The notes beneath the pieces are model-generated. The model had not been told where the DNA came from. It was given only the letters and a program-made list of their open reading frames with translations, and made no database searches. The position numbers and the translations under genes were made by a program. Positions 46,495-57,683 of a stretch of DNA of 64,000 nucleotides are shown piece by piece. Numbering within the stretch: position 1 is the first letter of the stretch; each line of letters starts with the position of its first letter. The DNA comes from an uncultured Solirubrobacteraceae bacterium (lineage in GTDB: Bacteria > Actinomycetota > Thermoleophilia > Solirubrobacterales > Solirubrobacteraceae), in NCBI GenBank assembly GCA_964588985.1, contig CAZPQW010000010.1:52745-116744 (forward strand), written 5' to 3'.

Positions 46495-49017
46495 ATGAGG
46501 TTCTCCAGCGTTGTTCGGCTCTACCGTGTGCGTCTACGCGCCCGGGCGGTGCAGGAGCTGTTCGCCGTGCTCGGCATCTCGATCGGCCTCGCGCTGCTGT
46601 TCGCCTCTCAGGTTTCGAGCACGAGCCTGGATGGCTCGGTGGAGCAGCTCACCGACGGCCTCTTGGGGCAGGTGCGCTTCCAGCTCGCGTCCCGGGACGC
46701 GCATGGCTTCGACGAGCGTCTGCTCCGCCAGGTCCAGGGCATCCCCGGTGTGAGCGCCGCGATACCGGTGCTCGAGGCGAGCGCGAACGTGATCGGCTCC
46801 GGCGGCGTGCGGTCCGTCGAGCTGATCGCCACCGAACCGCGCTTTGCCCGCCTCGACGGTGCGCTGGTGCGCAACTTCGGAGTGGCGAAGCTCGCCACGT
46901 CGACGGCGGTGATGCTGCCGGCGGCGATCGCGCGATCGCTCGGACGCTCCTCGCTGCAGCGCGTCGAAATCCAGGTCGACGGCCACGTTGCCCCGGCGCT
47001 GCTCGTCCCTGAGCTGCCCGGCGAAGTGCCCGCGAGCCTCTCCAGCGGTCCGATCGCGGTCGCCCCCCTCGCCTACGCGCAAACCCTCACCGACATGAGG
47101 GGCCGACTGAGCAGCATCTTCGTGCGGTCCTCGCCCGCCCACGATCGCGAGGTTCTGCAGGGTCTCGAGCGCATCGCCGTCGGCCGGTTGAACGTCCATC
47201 CGGCTTCCTTCGACGGGACGCTGTTCCTCCGAGCCGCCGGACCGATCGATCAGTCCACCGGCCTGTTCTCCGCGATCAGTGCGCTGGTCGGGTTTCTGTT
47301 CGCGTTCAACGCGCTGCTGCTCACGGTTCCGCAACGTCGCCACCTGATCGACGATCTGCGCCTCGACGGGTACACGCGGAAGATGATCGCCGAGGTGCTG
47401 TTGATCGACGCGCTCGTGCTCGGCGTGGTCTCGTCGATCCTCGGACTGGTGCTCGGAGACCTGCTCTCCCTCGCGCTGTTCGACGCCAACCCCGGCTACC
47501 TGTCGTTCGCCTTTCCGCTCGGAGCGCGACGGATCATCACCGCGGGCAGTGTCGCGCTGTGCGTCGGCGGAGGGTTGCTCGCGGCGTGCGTCGGCGTACT
47601 CGCGCCGCTGCGCGGTGCGCTCTTCTCCACCCGCGACGCCTTCTTCCGGGCTTCCAGCAAGCGCCACGCGCACGGCAACTACTGGCTGCTTGCGGGCGCG
47701 ACGCTGTGCCTGGCCATCACCGCGCTGATACTCGTCCTTGCGCCCGCGTCGGCGATCGTGGGTGTGCTGAGCCTGGCCGCCGCGCTGCTGCTCCTCCTGC
47801 CCGTCCTGATCGACGCGGTGGTGTTCGGGTTCGGACGCCTTCAGGGTCGCGTGGCGGGCGCCTCGCCGTATCTGGCGGTGATCGAGCTGCGCGCGCGAGC
47901 GCATCGCGCTCGCTCGCTGGCGGTCGCGGCGACAGGCGCGATAGCGGTGTTCGGGAGCGTCGCGATCGAGACCGCTCACGGAGATCTGCTGGAAGGCCTG
48001 AATCGCGTGGCCAGCGGTCTGAACGCCACGACCGGCCTGTGGGTCTCGCCGGCCGGTTCGGCGAACTCGCTAGCGACCACTCCGTTCGACGGCTCGGCGG
48101 CGCAAACCACACTCGCAAAGCTACCGGGGGTGAAGGCGGTGCGGGCTTACCGAGGGTCGTTCCTCGACGTGGGCGATCGGCGGGCGTGGGTGATCGCGCC
48201 ACCCGCCGACGTGGTTCGCCCGATCCCGCGCGACCAGCTCGTTCAGGGCGACCTCGCCCGCGCCGTCTCGAGGTTTCACGCCGGAGGCTGGGTGATCCTC
48301 TCGCGTGCGATCGCCGAGGCCCAACACGTGGGGGTCGGCGACTCCTTCCTACTCCCCTCGCCGCATCCGACGGTGCTGCGGGTCGCGGCCCTGAGCACCA
48401 ACTTCGGATGGCCTCCCGGCGCGATCCTGCTCAATGCCGACGACTACGCTCGCGCGTGGGGAAACGCCGATCCAAGCGCGCTCGAGGTCGACCTGCTCCC
48501 GGGAGTCGCTCCAGGGCTCGCGGCTCGTGAGGCGAGCAGCGCGCTCGGGTCCCACTCGGCGCTGCGGGTTCAGACGGCACTTGCGCGCGAACAGGAGTTT
48601 CGCGCCACGGCTCGGCAGGGGCTCTCGCGCCTTACGCAGATCTCGCTACTCGTCCTGATCGCGGCCGTGCTCGCGATGGCCGCGATGATGGGCGCGATGA
48701 TCTGGCAGCGGCGTCCGCGGCTCGCCGACATGAAGGTGGATGGCTTCGACCGTGGCGTGTTGTGGCGCGCGCTGCTGTGGGAGAGCACGCTGCTGCTCGG
48801 CAGCGGGTGCTCCCTGGGCGCTGCCTTCGGCCTGCTCGGGCAGGCCCTGCTCAGCCGTGCCCTCGTCGCCGTCACGGGCTTTCCCGTCGCGTTCTCGCCG
48901 GGCCTCCTCGTCGCCCTCGCCAGCTTCGCGGTCGTGAGCGCCACCGCACTTCTGATAATCGCAATACCAGGAGGATTCGCAACACGAGTGCGCCCTGCAC
49001 TTAGCCTCAGAGATTGA
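46495..49017 (+). CDS. FtsX/MacB-like ABC permease (duplicated)
   Basis: Two repeats of TM, large extracytoplasmic domain and 3 TMs; QRRHLIDDLRLDG and QRRPRLADMKVDG coupling helices. Confidence 0.88.
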   Translation: MRFSSVVRLYRVRLRARAVQELFAVLGISIGLALLFASQVSSTSLDGSVEQLTDGLLGQVRFQLASRDAHGFDERLLRQVQGIPGVSAAIPVLEASANVIGSGGVRSVELIATEPRFARLDGALVRNFGVAKLATSTAVMLPAAIARSLGRSSLQRVEIQVDGHVAPALLVPELPGEVPASLSSGPIAVAPLAYAQTLTDMRGRLSSIFVRSSPAHDREVLQGLERIAVGRLNVHPASFDGTLFLRAAGPIDQSTGLFSAISALVGFLFAFNALLLTVPQRRHLIDDLRLDGYTRKMIAEVLLIDALVLGVVSSILGLVLGDLLSLALFDANPGYLSFAFPLGARRIITAGSVALCVGGGLLAACVGVLAPLRGALFSTRDAFFRASSKRHAHGNYWLLAGATLCLAITALILVLAPASAIVGVLSLAAALLLLLPVLIDAVVFGFGRLQGRVAGASPYLAVIELRARAHRARSLAVAATGAIAVFGSVAIETAHGDLLEGLNRVASGLNATTGLWVSPAGSANSLATTPFDGSAAQTTLAKLPGVKAVRAYRGSFLDVGDRRAWVIAPPADVVRPIPRDQLVQGDLARAVSRFHAGGWVILSRAIAEAQHVGVGDSFLLPSPHPTVLRVAALSTNFGWPPGAILLNADDYARAWGNADPSALEVDLLPGVAPGLAAREASSALGSHSALRVQTALAREQEFRATARQGLSRLTQISLLVLIAAVLAMAAMMGAMIWQRRPRLADMKVDGFDRGVLWRALLWESTLLLGSGCSLGAAFGLLGQALLSRALVAVTGFPVAFSPGLLVALASFAVVSATALLIIAIPGGFATRVRPALSLRD

Positions 49018-49095
49018 CTAGTCTTCAGGACTATTCCAATCTTTGGATTCGAAGGCGGGGGCCTCGGAGTACGACAGCTGTTCGCATCCGGCGCA

Positions 49096-50136
49096 GTGTG
49101 CACACGCGAGCTGTCGTGGATAAGACCTGGGGTGGCTCGCGAGGTCGACCTATGGCGGCAACGTGCCGCGTCGATACCCGATGCCGCGATTCGCGAGGAC
49201 GCTCTGACCGCGTTGAGCAGCAAGCGCTTCAACGCCGAGGGGGCGGCGCTGTTTGCCGTGCTCGCGCCGCGGCGGGACTCGAGTTTGCTGCGCCTGCTCG
49301 TCGCCTTTCAGATCCTCCTCGACTTCCTGGACAGCCTCAGCGAGCGACCCGCGCCGGAAGCGCAGGCCGACGGGCTGCAGCTGCATCTGGCGTTGCGGGA
49401 CGCTCTGGACCCGGATGGCCCGATCTCCGACTACTACCGGCACCGTCCGGCAGTGCAGGACGGCGGATACGTGCGTGCGCTCGTGCAGTGCTGTCGCGAG
49501 TCGTGCATGTATCTGCCCTCATATGCGACCACCCGCTCCCTCGCGCTTCGAGGCGCCGGACGATGCGGCGTTCAGGGCCTGAATCACGACACCGACCTCG
49601 TTCGCCGCGACCGCACGCTCGAGACGTGGGCGGGGAGCACGTTCCACGACAGCTGGGGGCTCAGCTGGTGGGAGTTGACGGCCGCGGCGAGCAGCACGCT
49701 TGGGATCCACGCCCTGCTCGCGCTCGCCGCCGATCCGACCTGCGAGGAGCGCGACGCGGTCGAGGTCGACGCCGCATACATGCCATGGATCTGCGCCGCC
49801 AGCACGATGCTCGACAGCTACGTCGACGAGGTGGCCGACACGGCCGAGGGCGCTCACAGCTACATCGCCCACTATCCGAGCGAGGAGGTTGCGCTTCGGC
49901 GGACACACGAGCTGGTGAGTCGCTCGCTGGAGGAGGCGCGTTTACTGCAAAACGGAGCCCGCCACGCGCTGATCGTGGCAGGAATGGTCGCGATGTATCT
50001 ATCCGCCGAGGAGGCGCGAACGGTAGCCAAGCGGAATACCACACGGGCGCTCGTGGGCGCCGGCGGGTCGCTCACGCGAATGCTGTTGCCGATCATGGGC
50101 GCGTGGCGCATCGCCTATGGGCTGCGTCGCGCCTAA
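49096..50136 (+). CDS. DUF2600 / YtpB-like (tetraprenyl-beta-curcumene synthase family) class IB terpene synthase
   Basis: KRFNAEGAA, FQILLDFLDSLSE, WWELTAAASSTLGIHAL, MLDSYVD, GMVAMYLS; start uncertain (frame open from 49018). Confidence 0.78.
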   Translation: MCTRELSWIRPGVAREVDLWRQRAASIPDAAIREDALTALSSKRFNAEGAALFAVLAPRRDSSLLRLLVAFQILLDFLDSLSERPAPEAQADGLQLHLALRDALDPDGPISDYYRHRPAVQDGGYVRALVQCCRESCMYLPSYATTRSLALRGAGRCGVQGLNHDTDLVRRDRTLETWAGSTFHDSWGLSWWELTAAASSTLGIHALLALAADPTCEERDAVEVDAAYMPWICAASTMLDSYVDEVADTAEGAHSYIAHYPSEEVALRRTHELVSRSLEEARLLQNGARHALIVAGMVAMYLSAEEARTVAKRNTTRALVGAGGSLTRMLLPIMGAWRIAYGLRRA

Positions 50137-50222
50137 AAACAAAAATCACTTCTATTAGTCAGAACTGAACATTCAGAGGCGCCTTGCGACTGCTTCCAGT
50201 CACGCGATGATGCGTGCACGCG

Positions 50223-50759
50223 ATGACGGATGAGATTGGAATCGGAGTGATGCCTGCAGGGACAGAGAAGCGACGCCCCCGGCGCGCTAAGTCAGGCAGC
50301 TCTGGTGCATCCACCGCCGCGTCGTCACGCCAGCGGCAACGGGTCGGGCGTCCCCCGCGGCGTTCGACCCGTTCGACCGACGAGATCGACGGCGAGACCG
50401 TGTTGATCGAGCTCTCGAAAGCTCAGGTCGACCAGGTGGTGCGCGCGGCAGGACAGGGCGGCACGATGTCGGTGCTGCTCTCGGCGCTCAAAGACCCGAA
50501 GTGGACGCTGTCGATCGACTCCGAGGATTGGTCCTACCCCGCGCAGATGGACGATCGTCGCCTGTCGCGCTCGCTGCTGTCCGGGCTGCTCGTGCTCTCG
50601 TGCTTTCCCCCCGACGGCGGCTACCTGGGGATCGCCGAGCTCGCTCGCATGCTCGACATGAACACGAGCACCACGCACCGCTACGTCACGACGCTGCTGG
50701 CGGTGGGGCTGCTAGATCGCGACCCGGCGACACGCCGGTATCGGATCGCGCCTCACTGA
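50223..50759 (+). CDS. Protein with a C-terminal IclR-type HTH and no effector domain
   Basis: SRSLLSGLLVLSCF..LGIAELARMLDMNTSTTHRYVTTL..RRYR. Confidence 0.8.
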   Translation: MTDEIGIGVMPAGTEKRRPRRAKSGSSGASTAASSRQRQRVGRPPRRSTRSTDEIDGETVLIELSKAQVDQVVRAAGQGGTMSVLLSALKDPKWTLSIDSEDWSYPAQMDDRRLSRSLLSGLLVLSCFPPDGGYLGIAELARMLDMNTSTTHRYVTTLLAVGLLDRDPATRRYRIAPH

Positions 50760-50786
50760 GATTCGCGCGGGACCTCGGAGGCGGAT

Positions 50787-51731
50787 TCACAGCCTGCGCG
50801 CCAGTCGCGTCGCGATCTCGCGCACGGCCGTGAGGTCCAGCTCGGTGCTCCACGCAAACGGCACTCCCACCACGTCGAAGTCGCGACGGCGCAGGCGGGC
50901 TAGCTGGTTCTGTTGAAAGCGCGCGCGCTCGTGGACCGACGTGGCGGCGTGCGCGGCCGCTCGCGCCACCGCCGGGACCCGCGCGCCGCTGCCGGCCGCC
51001 GCGATCTGGACGATCTCGGCGCTCGTGAAGCGCTTCGGCAGCAGGCCGTTGACGATGACCGCGCTGAGGCTGCGTCCGAGCTGGCGCTGCAGTCCATCCT
51101 GCAGCTCCAGCGCCTCTGTGACGGCCATCTCGCTCGCGAGCGCCACCGCGAGATAGGCGCTGCGCGCCGGGTCTTCGAGCAATGCGCTCACCTGCTCGGT
51201 CTGCCCCGCGATCGGTCCGACCCGCGCGATCGCGCCGAACGTCTTCGGGGAGCCCAGCAGGCCGAGGGCGTGGCCTGTCGCCGGCGCGTCGAGCACCACC
51301 AGGTCGTAGCCGTCGCGTCTACGCCGGCTGCCCTCGCGGGTGAGCCGCCAGATCTTCATCATGCTCACGAGCTCCTTCGCGCCGGGCGCGGCGGCGGCGA
51401 AGTACTGGAAGGTGCCGCTGGAGGCGAGCACGCGGCCCGAGATGCGCCCGCCGAGCGCCTGCAGCCACTCCATGATCGCGCGGTCTGGGTCGATCGACAC
51501 CGCCGACAGGCGCTCCTGCAGCACCAGCTCGGCGCCCGGCTCCGGTGCGGCGGTCTCGAACAGCGTCGGCAGCCGACTCTCCTCGCCGACCTCCACCACG
51601 ATCGTGCGCCGCCCGCTGCTCGCCGCCGCCAGCCCGATCGCGGCCGCGATCGTCGTCTTGCCCACGCCCCCCTTGCCGGTGACCACGAGCAGCTTGCGCG
51701 TTCCCAGCAGCGATTGTGTGGAATCGACCAT
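50787..51731 (-). CDS. ArsA/Get3-like ATPase
   Basis: [31 protein letters not shown]. Confidence 0.9.
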   Translation of the reverse strand: MVDSTQSLLGTRKLLVVTGKGGVGKTTIAAAIGLAAASSGRRTIVVEVGEESRLPTLFETAAPEPGAELVLQERLSAVSIDPDRAIMEWLQALGGRISGRVLASSGTFQYFAAAAPGAKELVSMMKIWRLTREGSRRRRDGYDLVVLDAPATGHALGLLGSPKTFGAIARVGPIAGQTEQVSALLEDPARSAYLAVALASEMAVTEALELQDGLQRQLGRSLSAVIVNGLLPKRFTSAEIVQIAAAGSGARVPAVARAAAHAATSVHERARFQQNQLARLRRRDFDVVGVPFAWSTELDLTAVREIATRLARRL

Positions 51732-51784
51732 CCAACAGAGTCTGGCTCAAACCGCAAAGCACCGGCTGGACCTACAATCGAGCG

Positions 51785-52411
51785 ATGAGCGCCGTCGAGG
51801 AGCAGTCGATCGATCAGCAGGTCGCGTACGATCGCGACGGCCTCGTGCCGTGCGTGGTTCAGGACTGGAGCACCGGCGAGGTGCTGACGCTCGCATACAT
51901 GAACGAGGAGGCGCTCAGGCGCACGCGCGACACCGGCGAGCTGCACCTGTGGAGCCGCTCTCGTGGCGAGCAGTGGCACAAGGGCGCCACCAGCGGCAAC
52001 GTGCAGACGGTCCGGGCGCTGCGCCTGGACTGCGACGGCGACACGCTGCTCGCGCTCGTCGAGCCGGCCGGGCCGGCGTGTCACACCGGCGAGCGGACGT
52101 GCTTTCATCGCGGCGCGGTCGAGCAGGCGGCGCCGCACGAGGTGCTGCCCGCGCTCGAGCGCACGCTCCTGCAGCGCTCGAGGGAGCGGCCCGCCGGCTC
52201 ATACACGGTCGAGCTGCTCGAGAACCCGTCGCACATCGGCGAGAAGGTGATGGAGGAGGCCGAGGAGGTCGCTCGCGCCGCCCGCGAGGAGACAGACGAG
52301 CGCATGGACGAAGAGGCCGCGGACGTCCTCTACCACCTGCTCGTGCTGCTGCGCAGTCGGGGACGCTCGCTCACCGACGCCGAGCGGGTGCTCGATGGCC
52401 GTCGCTCCTAG
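51785..52411 (+). CDS. hisIE: Bifunctional phosphoribosyl-AMP cyclohydrolase / phosphoribosyl-ATP diphosphatase
   Basis: [38 protein letters not shown]. Confidence 0.96.
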   Translation: MSAVEEQSIDQQVAYDRDGLVPCVVQDWSTGEVLTLAYMNEEALRRTRDTGELHLWSRSRGEQWHKGATSGNVQTVRALRLDCDGDTLLALVEPAGPACHTGERTCFHRGAVEQAAPHEVLPALERTLLQRSRERPAGSYTVELLENPSHIGEKVMEEAEEVARAAREETDERMDEEAADVLYHLLVLLRSRGRSLTDAERVLDGRRS

Positions 52412-53899
52412 CGCGCTCGGCCTGAACGTCGCGCCTAGCATCGAGCAGGCGCGCGTGCTCGCGGGCGCCCACAACCTGATTCCGCTGCGCCACAGCTTCA
52501 TCGACGACTGCGAGACGCCGGTCTCCGCGTTCTTGAAGCTGCGCGCGCTCGCGCCCGGCGAGCCGGCGTTCCTGCTCGAGTCCGCCGACCAGGGCCAGCG
52601 CGTGGGGCGCTGGTCGTTCATCGGCTTTCGCCCGCGCGCGGTCGTGAGGTGGTCGCTCGCCGACGGCGGCGACCCGTATGCGCTCGCCGCCGAGCACGTG
52701 GCGCGGTTCGATCAGGCGCCGATCGAGGACTCCGACGGCCGGGTCCCGTTCACCGGCGGCGCGGTGGGCTTCTTCGGCTACGACCTCGTGCGCGCGGTCG
52801 AGCCGTTGGGCGAGGCGAAGAGCGGACCCGATGGCGACCCTCTCGGGCTGCCTGACCTCGCGCTGATGCTCTCCGACGCGCTCGTGGTGTTCGACCACCT
52901 CAAGCACACCGTCACGATCCTCGCGAACGCCGACCTGCAGGCCCAGCCCGACGTGGAGCTCGCCTACGCGGCCGCGCTGAGCACGATCGAAGAGGTGCGG
53001 GAGGTGCTCGCCGGGCCCGTGCCCCGCGGTGAGCCGCGCGCCGCCGAGGAGCGCCAGATGCCCGAGTTCGAGTCGAACATGACGCGTGAGCGCTTCGAAG
53101 CGATGGTCTCACGCGCGATCGAGTACATCTTCGCCGGCGACGCCTTCCAGATCGTGCCGTCGCAGCGCTGGTCGGCGCCTGTGCCGGTCGAGGCGTTCTC
53201 CATCTACCGCGGTCTGCGCGCGGTCAACCCGTCCCCGTACATGTACTTCCTCGACTTCGGCGACTTCCAGGTCGCGGGCGCGAGCCCCGAGCCGCTGCTG
53301 ACCGTCCACGGACGCCACGTCTCCACCAAGCCGATCGCCGGCACCCGCCCTCGCGGCGCCAACCCGGAGGAGGACCGGCGGATCGCGGCGGACCTGCTCG
53401 CCGACGAGAAGGAGCGCGCCGAGCACGTGATGCTCGTGGACCTCGGACGCAACGACCTCGGGCGCGTGTGCGAGTACGGCAGCGTCGAGGTCGACGAGCT
53501 GATGGAGATCGAGGCCTACAGCCACGTGATGCACATCGTCTCCTCGGTGTCGGGCACGCTGCGTCCCGAGGTCGGGCCGATGGACGCGCTGCGTTCGGTG
53601 CTCCCCGCGGGCACCCTCTCCGGCGCCCCGAAGGTGCGCGCGATGCAGATCATCGACGAGCTCGAGCCCGTCAAGCGCGGCGGCTACGGCGGCGCGGTCG
53701 GCTATCTCAGCTACACCGGCGACCTCGACACCGCGATCCACATCCGCACGGTCGTCGTAAAGGACGGCGTCGCGCACGTGCAGGCCGGCGGCGGCACGGT
53801 CGCCGACGCGAAGCCCGCGTATGAGTACGAGGAGTCGGTCGCGAAGTCCCAGGCGGTGCTCAGGGCGGTGGCATTGGCATGCGAGCAGGCGGACTGGGC

Positions 53900-53903
<4 letters not shown>
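52395..53903 (+). CDS. trpE: Anthranilate synthase component I
   Basis: [39 protein letters not shown]. Confidence 0.95.
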
Positions 53904-54502
<599 letters not shown>

Positions 54503-54505
54503 ACG

Positions 54506-55579
54506 ATGCCCAACGCCAAGTTGACCAGGGCGATCGACGCGCTCGCCTCCGGGCAGGACCTCACCGAGCGGGAGACCGCGGAGGTGCTCGAGGAGATCAT
54601 GCGCGGCGAGGCCTCGGAGATCCAGATCGCCGGCTTCCTGATCGCGCTGCGCACGAAGGGCGAGACCGTCCAGGAGCTCGCGGGTCTCGCCGGCACGATG
54701 CGCGCGCTCGCCGCACACGTGCCCGTCAAGCGCGAGGACCTGCTCGACACGGCCGGCACCGGCGGCGGCAAGAGCTCCTTCAACGTGTCCACCACCGCCG
54801 CGCTGATAGCGGCCGGCGCGGGCTGCGCGGTCGCCAAGCACGGCAACCGCTCGGCGACCAGCCGCTCCGGCTCGGCCGACCTGCTGGAGGCGCTCGGCGC
54901 GCGCATCGACCTCGGCCCGGCGGAGGTCGCCGAATGCATCGAGGAGGCCGGCTTCGGGTTCATGTTCGCGCCCAAGCACCACCAGGCGACGCGCTTCGTC
55001 GTGCCGGTCAGGCACGAGCTGGCGACACGCACGGTGTTCAACCTGCTTGGCCCGCTCACAAACCCGGCCGGCGCGCGCCGTCAGCTGATCGGCGTCGCCG
55101 ACGAGCGCTTCCTGGAGCTGATGGCCGGCGCCCTCGCGCTGCTCGGCGTCGATCGAGCGCTGCTGGTGGCGGGCGATGACGGGCTCGACGAGATCTCCGC
55201 GAGCGCTCCCACGCACGTGGTGGAGGTCAACGGCGAGCACGTCAGCCGCTACCTGCTCGAGCCGGGCGAGGTCGGCATCGACCCCTTCGGCGACGGCCAT
55301 CCCGGCGAGCAGACGAGTGGCGGCACGCCCGAGCAGAACGCGCAGATCACCCGCTCGATCCTTCGCGTTGACGGGACGCAGGCGACGCACACCCGTCGGG
55401 ACGAGGATCTCGCGGTGATCAACGCCGGCGCCGCGATCTACGTCGCCGCGGGCGCGGACACGATCGCGGAGGGCGTCGAGGCGGCGCGCGCGGCGCTCGC
55501 GGACGGCCGCGCGGCGCAGGCGCTCGAGCGCTTCGTCGAGGCGAGCAACCGGCACGCTCCCACGGAGTCCCCGCGATGA
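54506..55579 (+). CDS. trpD: Anthranilate phosphoribosyltransferase
   Basis: DTAGTGG, NVST, KHGNRS, GSADLLE, GPLTNP, GLDE. Confidence 0.96.
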   Translation: MPNAKLTRAIDALASGQDLTERETAEVLEEIMRGEASEIQIAGFLIALRTKGETVQELAGLAGTMRALAAHVPVKREDLLDTAGTGGGKSSFNVSTTAALIAAGAGCAVAKHGNRSATSRSGSADLLEALGARIDLGPAEVAECIEEAGFGFMFAPKHHQATRFVVPVRHELATRTVFNLLGPLTNPAGARRQLIGVADERFLELMAGALALLGVDRALLVAGDDGLDEISASAPTHVVEVNGEHVSRYLLEPGEVGIDPFGDGHPGEQTSGGTPEQNAQITRSILRVDGTQATHTRRDEDLAVINAGAAIYVAAGADTIAEGVEAARAALADGRAAQALERFVEASNRHAPTESPR

Positions 55580-56394
55580 GCGCGCCCACGGCAACGGTGC
55601 TCGATCGCATCCTCGCGGAAACCCGCGAGGAGCTCGAGCGCCGCAAGCGCGACGTGTCACTAGAGAAGCTCGCCGCCACCACGCCGGCGCGCCAGGCCGA
55701 TGCGCGAGGAGCGTTTCACGCCGCTCTCAGCGCCCCCGGGATCGGCGTGATCGCGGAGTTCAAGCGACGCTCGCCGTCGGCGGGCGAGCTGCGCGAGCGC
55801 CCCGACCTGGTCGAGATCGTGCGCGCGTACGAGCGGGGAGGGGCGGTCGCGGCGTCGATCCTCACCGAGGGACCCAACTTCGACGGCGCGCTGCGGGACC
55901 TCACCGACGCGCGGGCCGCGTGCTCGCTACCGCTGCTGCGCAAGGACTTCGTCGTCGACCCCTACCAGCTGTACGAGGCGCTCGCCGCGGGCGCCGACGC
56001 GGTGCTCCTGATCGTCGCCGCGCTCGATGACGAGCAGCTTGTCTACCTGTACGAGTCAGCGGTGGAGCTGGGCCTGGACGTGCTCGTCGAGGTCCACGAT
56101 CGCGCCGAGCTCCAGCGCGCGCTCGCGATCGACGCGCAGATCGTCGGCGTCAACAACCGCGACCTGCGCGACTTCAGCGTCGACGTCGAGCGCACCGCGC
56201 GGCTGATGGACGAGATCCCCGCCGGAGTGCTCGTGGTCTCGGAGTCCGGAATCGGCGATCCCGAGCAGCTGCGGAGGCTTCAGGAGCGCGGCGTGCAGGC
56301 GGTTCTGGTTGGCGAGACGCTGATGCGCGCTGACGACCCGGCGGTCGCGCTGAGAGAGCTGAGATCATTTATGGACGGCAGCGAAGAGATTTAG
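55576..56394 (+). CDS. trpC: Indole-3-glycerol phosphate synthase
   Basis: IAEFKRRSPS, LRKDF, GVNNRDL, SESGI. Confidence 0.96.
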   Translation: MSAPTATVLDRILAETREELERRKRDVSLEKLAATTPARQADARGAFHAALSAPGIGVIAEFKRRSPSAGELRERPDLVEIVRAYERGGAVAASILTEGPNFDGALRDLTDARAACSLPLLRKDFVVDPYQLYEALAAGADAVLLIVAALDDEQLVYLYESAVELGLDVLVEVHDRAELQRALAIDAQIVGVNNRDLRDFSVDVERTARLMDEIPAGVLVVSESGIGDPEQLRRLQERGVQAVLVGETLMRADDPAVALRELRSFMDGSEEI

Positions 56395-56429
56395 ATGGCC
56401 TTCACACGGGCCCACCATCCTCCTCACTC

Positions 56430-57638
56430 ATGAAGCGCATATTCGCCATCCCGTTCCTCGCAGCCCTCCTCGGGGGCGGCGTCGCCGTGGCCGTGATCGC
56501 CGCGTTCGGCGGTCTGAGCTCCAAGACCACGACCGTCACCGACGTGCAGGCCACGCCGGCCACGCCGACGAACGCCTCGCAGGTGAGCAAGGGGCTGACG
56601 CCGCATGAAATCTACGTGCGCGACGCGCCCGGGGTGGCGTATGTGACCTCGACGATCGTGCAGAAGGCGGAATCGCCGTTCCTGTTCGGCCAGGAAACCC
56701 AGCGTCAGGGAGTGGCGACGGGCTCGGGCATCGTGATCGACGGCAACGGCACGATTCTGACCAACTACCACGTGGTCGAGAACGCGATCAAGGTCACCGT
56801 GAGCTTCGAAAAAGGCAAGGCCGTCGAAGCGCAGGTGGTCGGCAAGGACCCCTCCAACGACCTCGCGGTGCTGCGCATCTCCACCGACGGCCTGACGCTG
56901 CACCCGCTCGCGCTCGGCAACTCCAGCGCCGCTCAGGTCGGCGACCCGGTGTATGCGATCGGCAACCCGTTCAACCTCGAACGCACGCTCACCACCGGTG
57001 TGGTCTCGGCGCTGCAGCGCGAGATCACCGCCCCGAACGGCTTCGCGATCAACAACGTGCTGCAGACAGACGCGCCGATCAATCCCGGCAACTCCGGAGG
57101 CCCGCTGCTGAACTCGGCGGGACAGGTGATCGGCATCAACTCCCAGATCGAGACCGGCGGCAGCGGCGGCGGCAGCGTCGGCATCGGCTTCGCCGTCCCG
57201 ATCAACACCGCCAAGTCCGAGATCACCCAGCTCGAGAAAGGCGGCACCGTACGCGGCGCCTACCTCGGTCTGACCTCCCTGACGATCGACGGCTCGCTCT
57301 CCGCTCTCAACCTCCCGGTGAAAAGCGGCGCGCTCGTGCAGAGCGTGCAGAAGGGCACCGCGGCCGAAAAGGCCGGGATCAAGGGCGGCTCGGTGAACAC
57401 CACCACCGAAAACGGCCAGGTGACGGTCGGCGGCGACATCATCGTCTCCGTCGACGGCAAGGCCGTGACGAGCTCTGAAGAACTCGCCAACGACATCGCC
57501 ACCAAGAAACCGGGCGACACGGTCAGCATCGGGATCGAGCGCGCGATCGGCAATGGCAAGTACGAAAAGAAGACCGTCAGCGCAAAGCTCGGCAGCCGAC
57601 CGAACTCGATCCCGAACGCGAACACGCCCGAAGGCTGA
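56430..57638 (+). CDS. HtrA/DegP-type serine protease with PDZ domain
   Basis: TM anchor, GSGIVI, TNYHVV, DLAVL, QTDAPINPGNSGGPL, GDIIVSVDG. Confidence 0.95.
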   Translation: MKRIFAIPFLAALLGGGVAVAVIAAFGGLSSKTTTVTDVQATPATPTNASQVSKGLTPHEIYVRDAPGVAYVTSTIVQKAESPFLFGQETQRQGVATGSGIVIDGNGTILTNYHVVENAIKVTVSFEKGKAVEAQVVGKDPSNDLAVLRISTDGLTLHPLALGNSSAAQVGDPVYAIGNPFNLERTLTTGVVSALQREITAPNGFAINNVLQTDAPINPGNSGGPLLNSAGQVIGINSQIETGGSGGGSVGIGFAVPINTAKSEITQLEKGGTVRGAYLGLTSLTIDGSLSALNLPVKSGALVQSVQKGTAAEKAGIKGGSVNTTTENGQVTVGGDIIVSVDGKAVTSSEELANDIATKKPGDTVSIGIERAIGNGKYEKKTVSAKLGSRPNSIPNANTPEG

Positions 57639-57683
57639 GCGAGCGCGGTCCTCTCGGATCGGGCGCCCGCTACCGTTGGGGGC

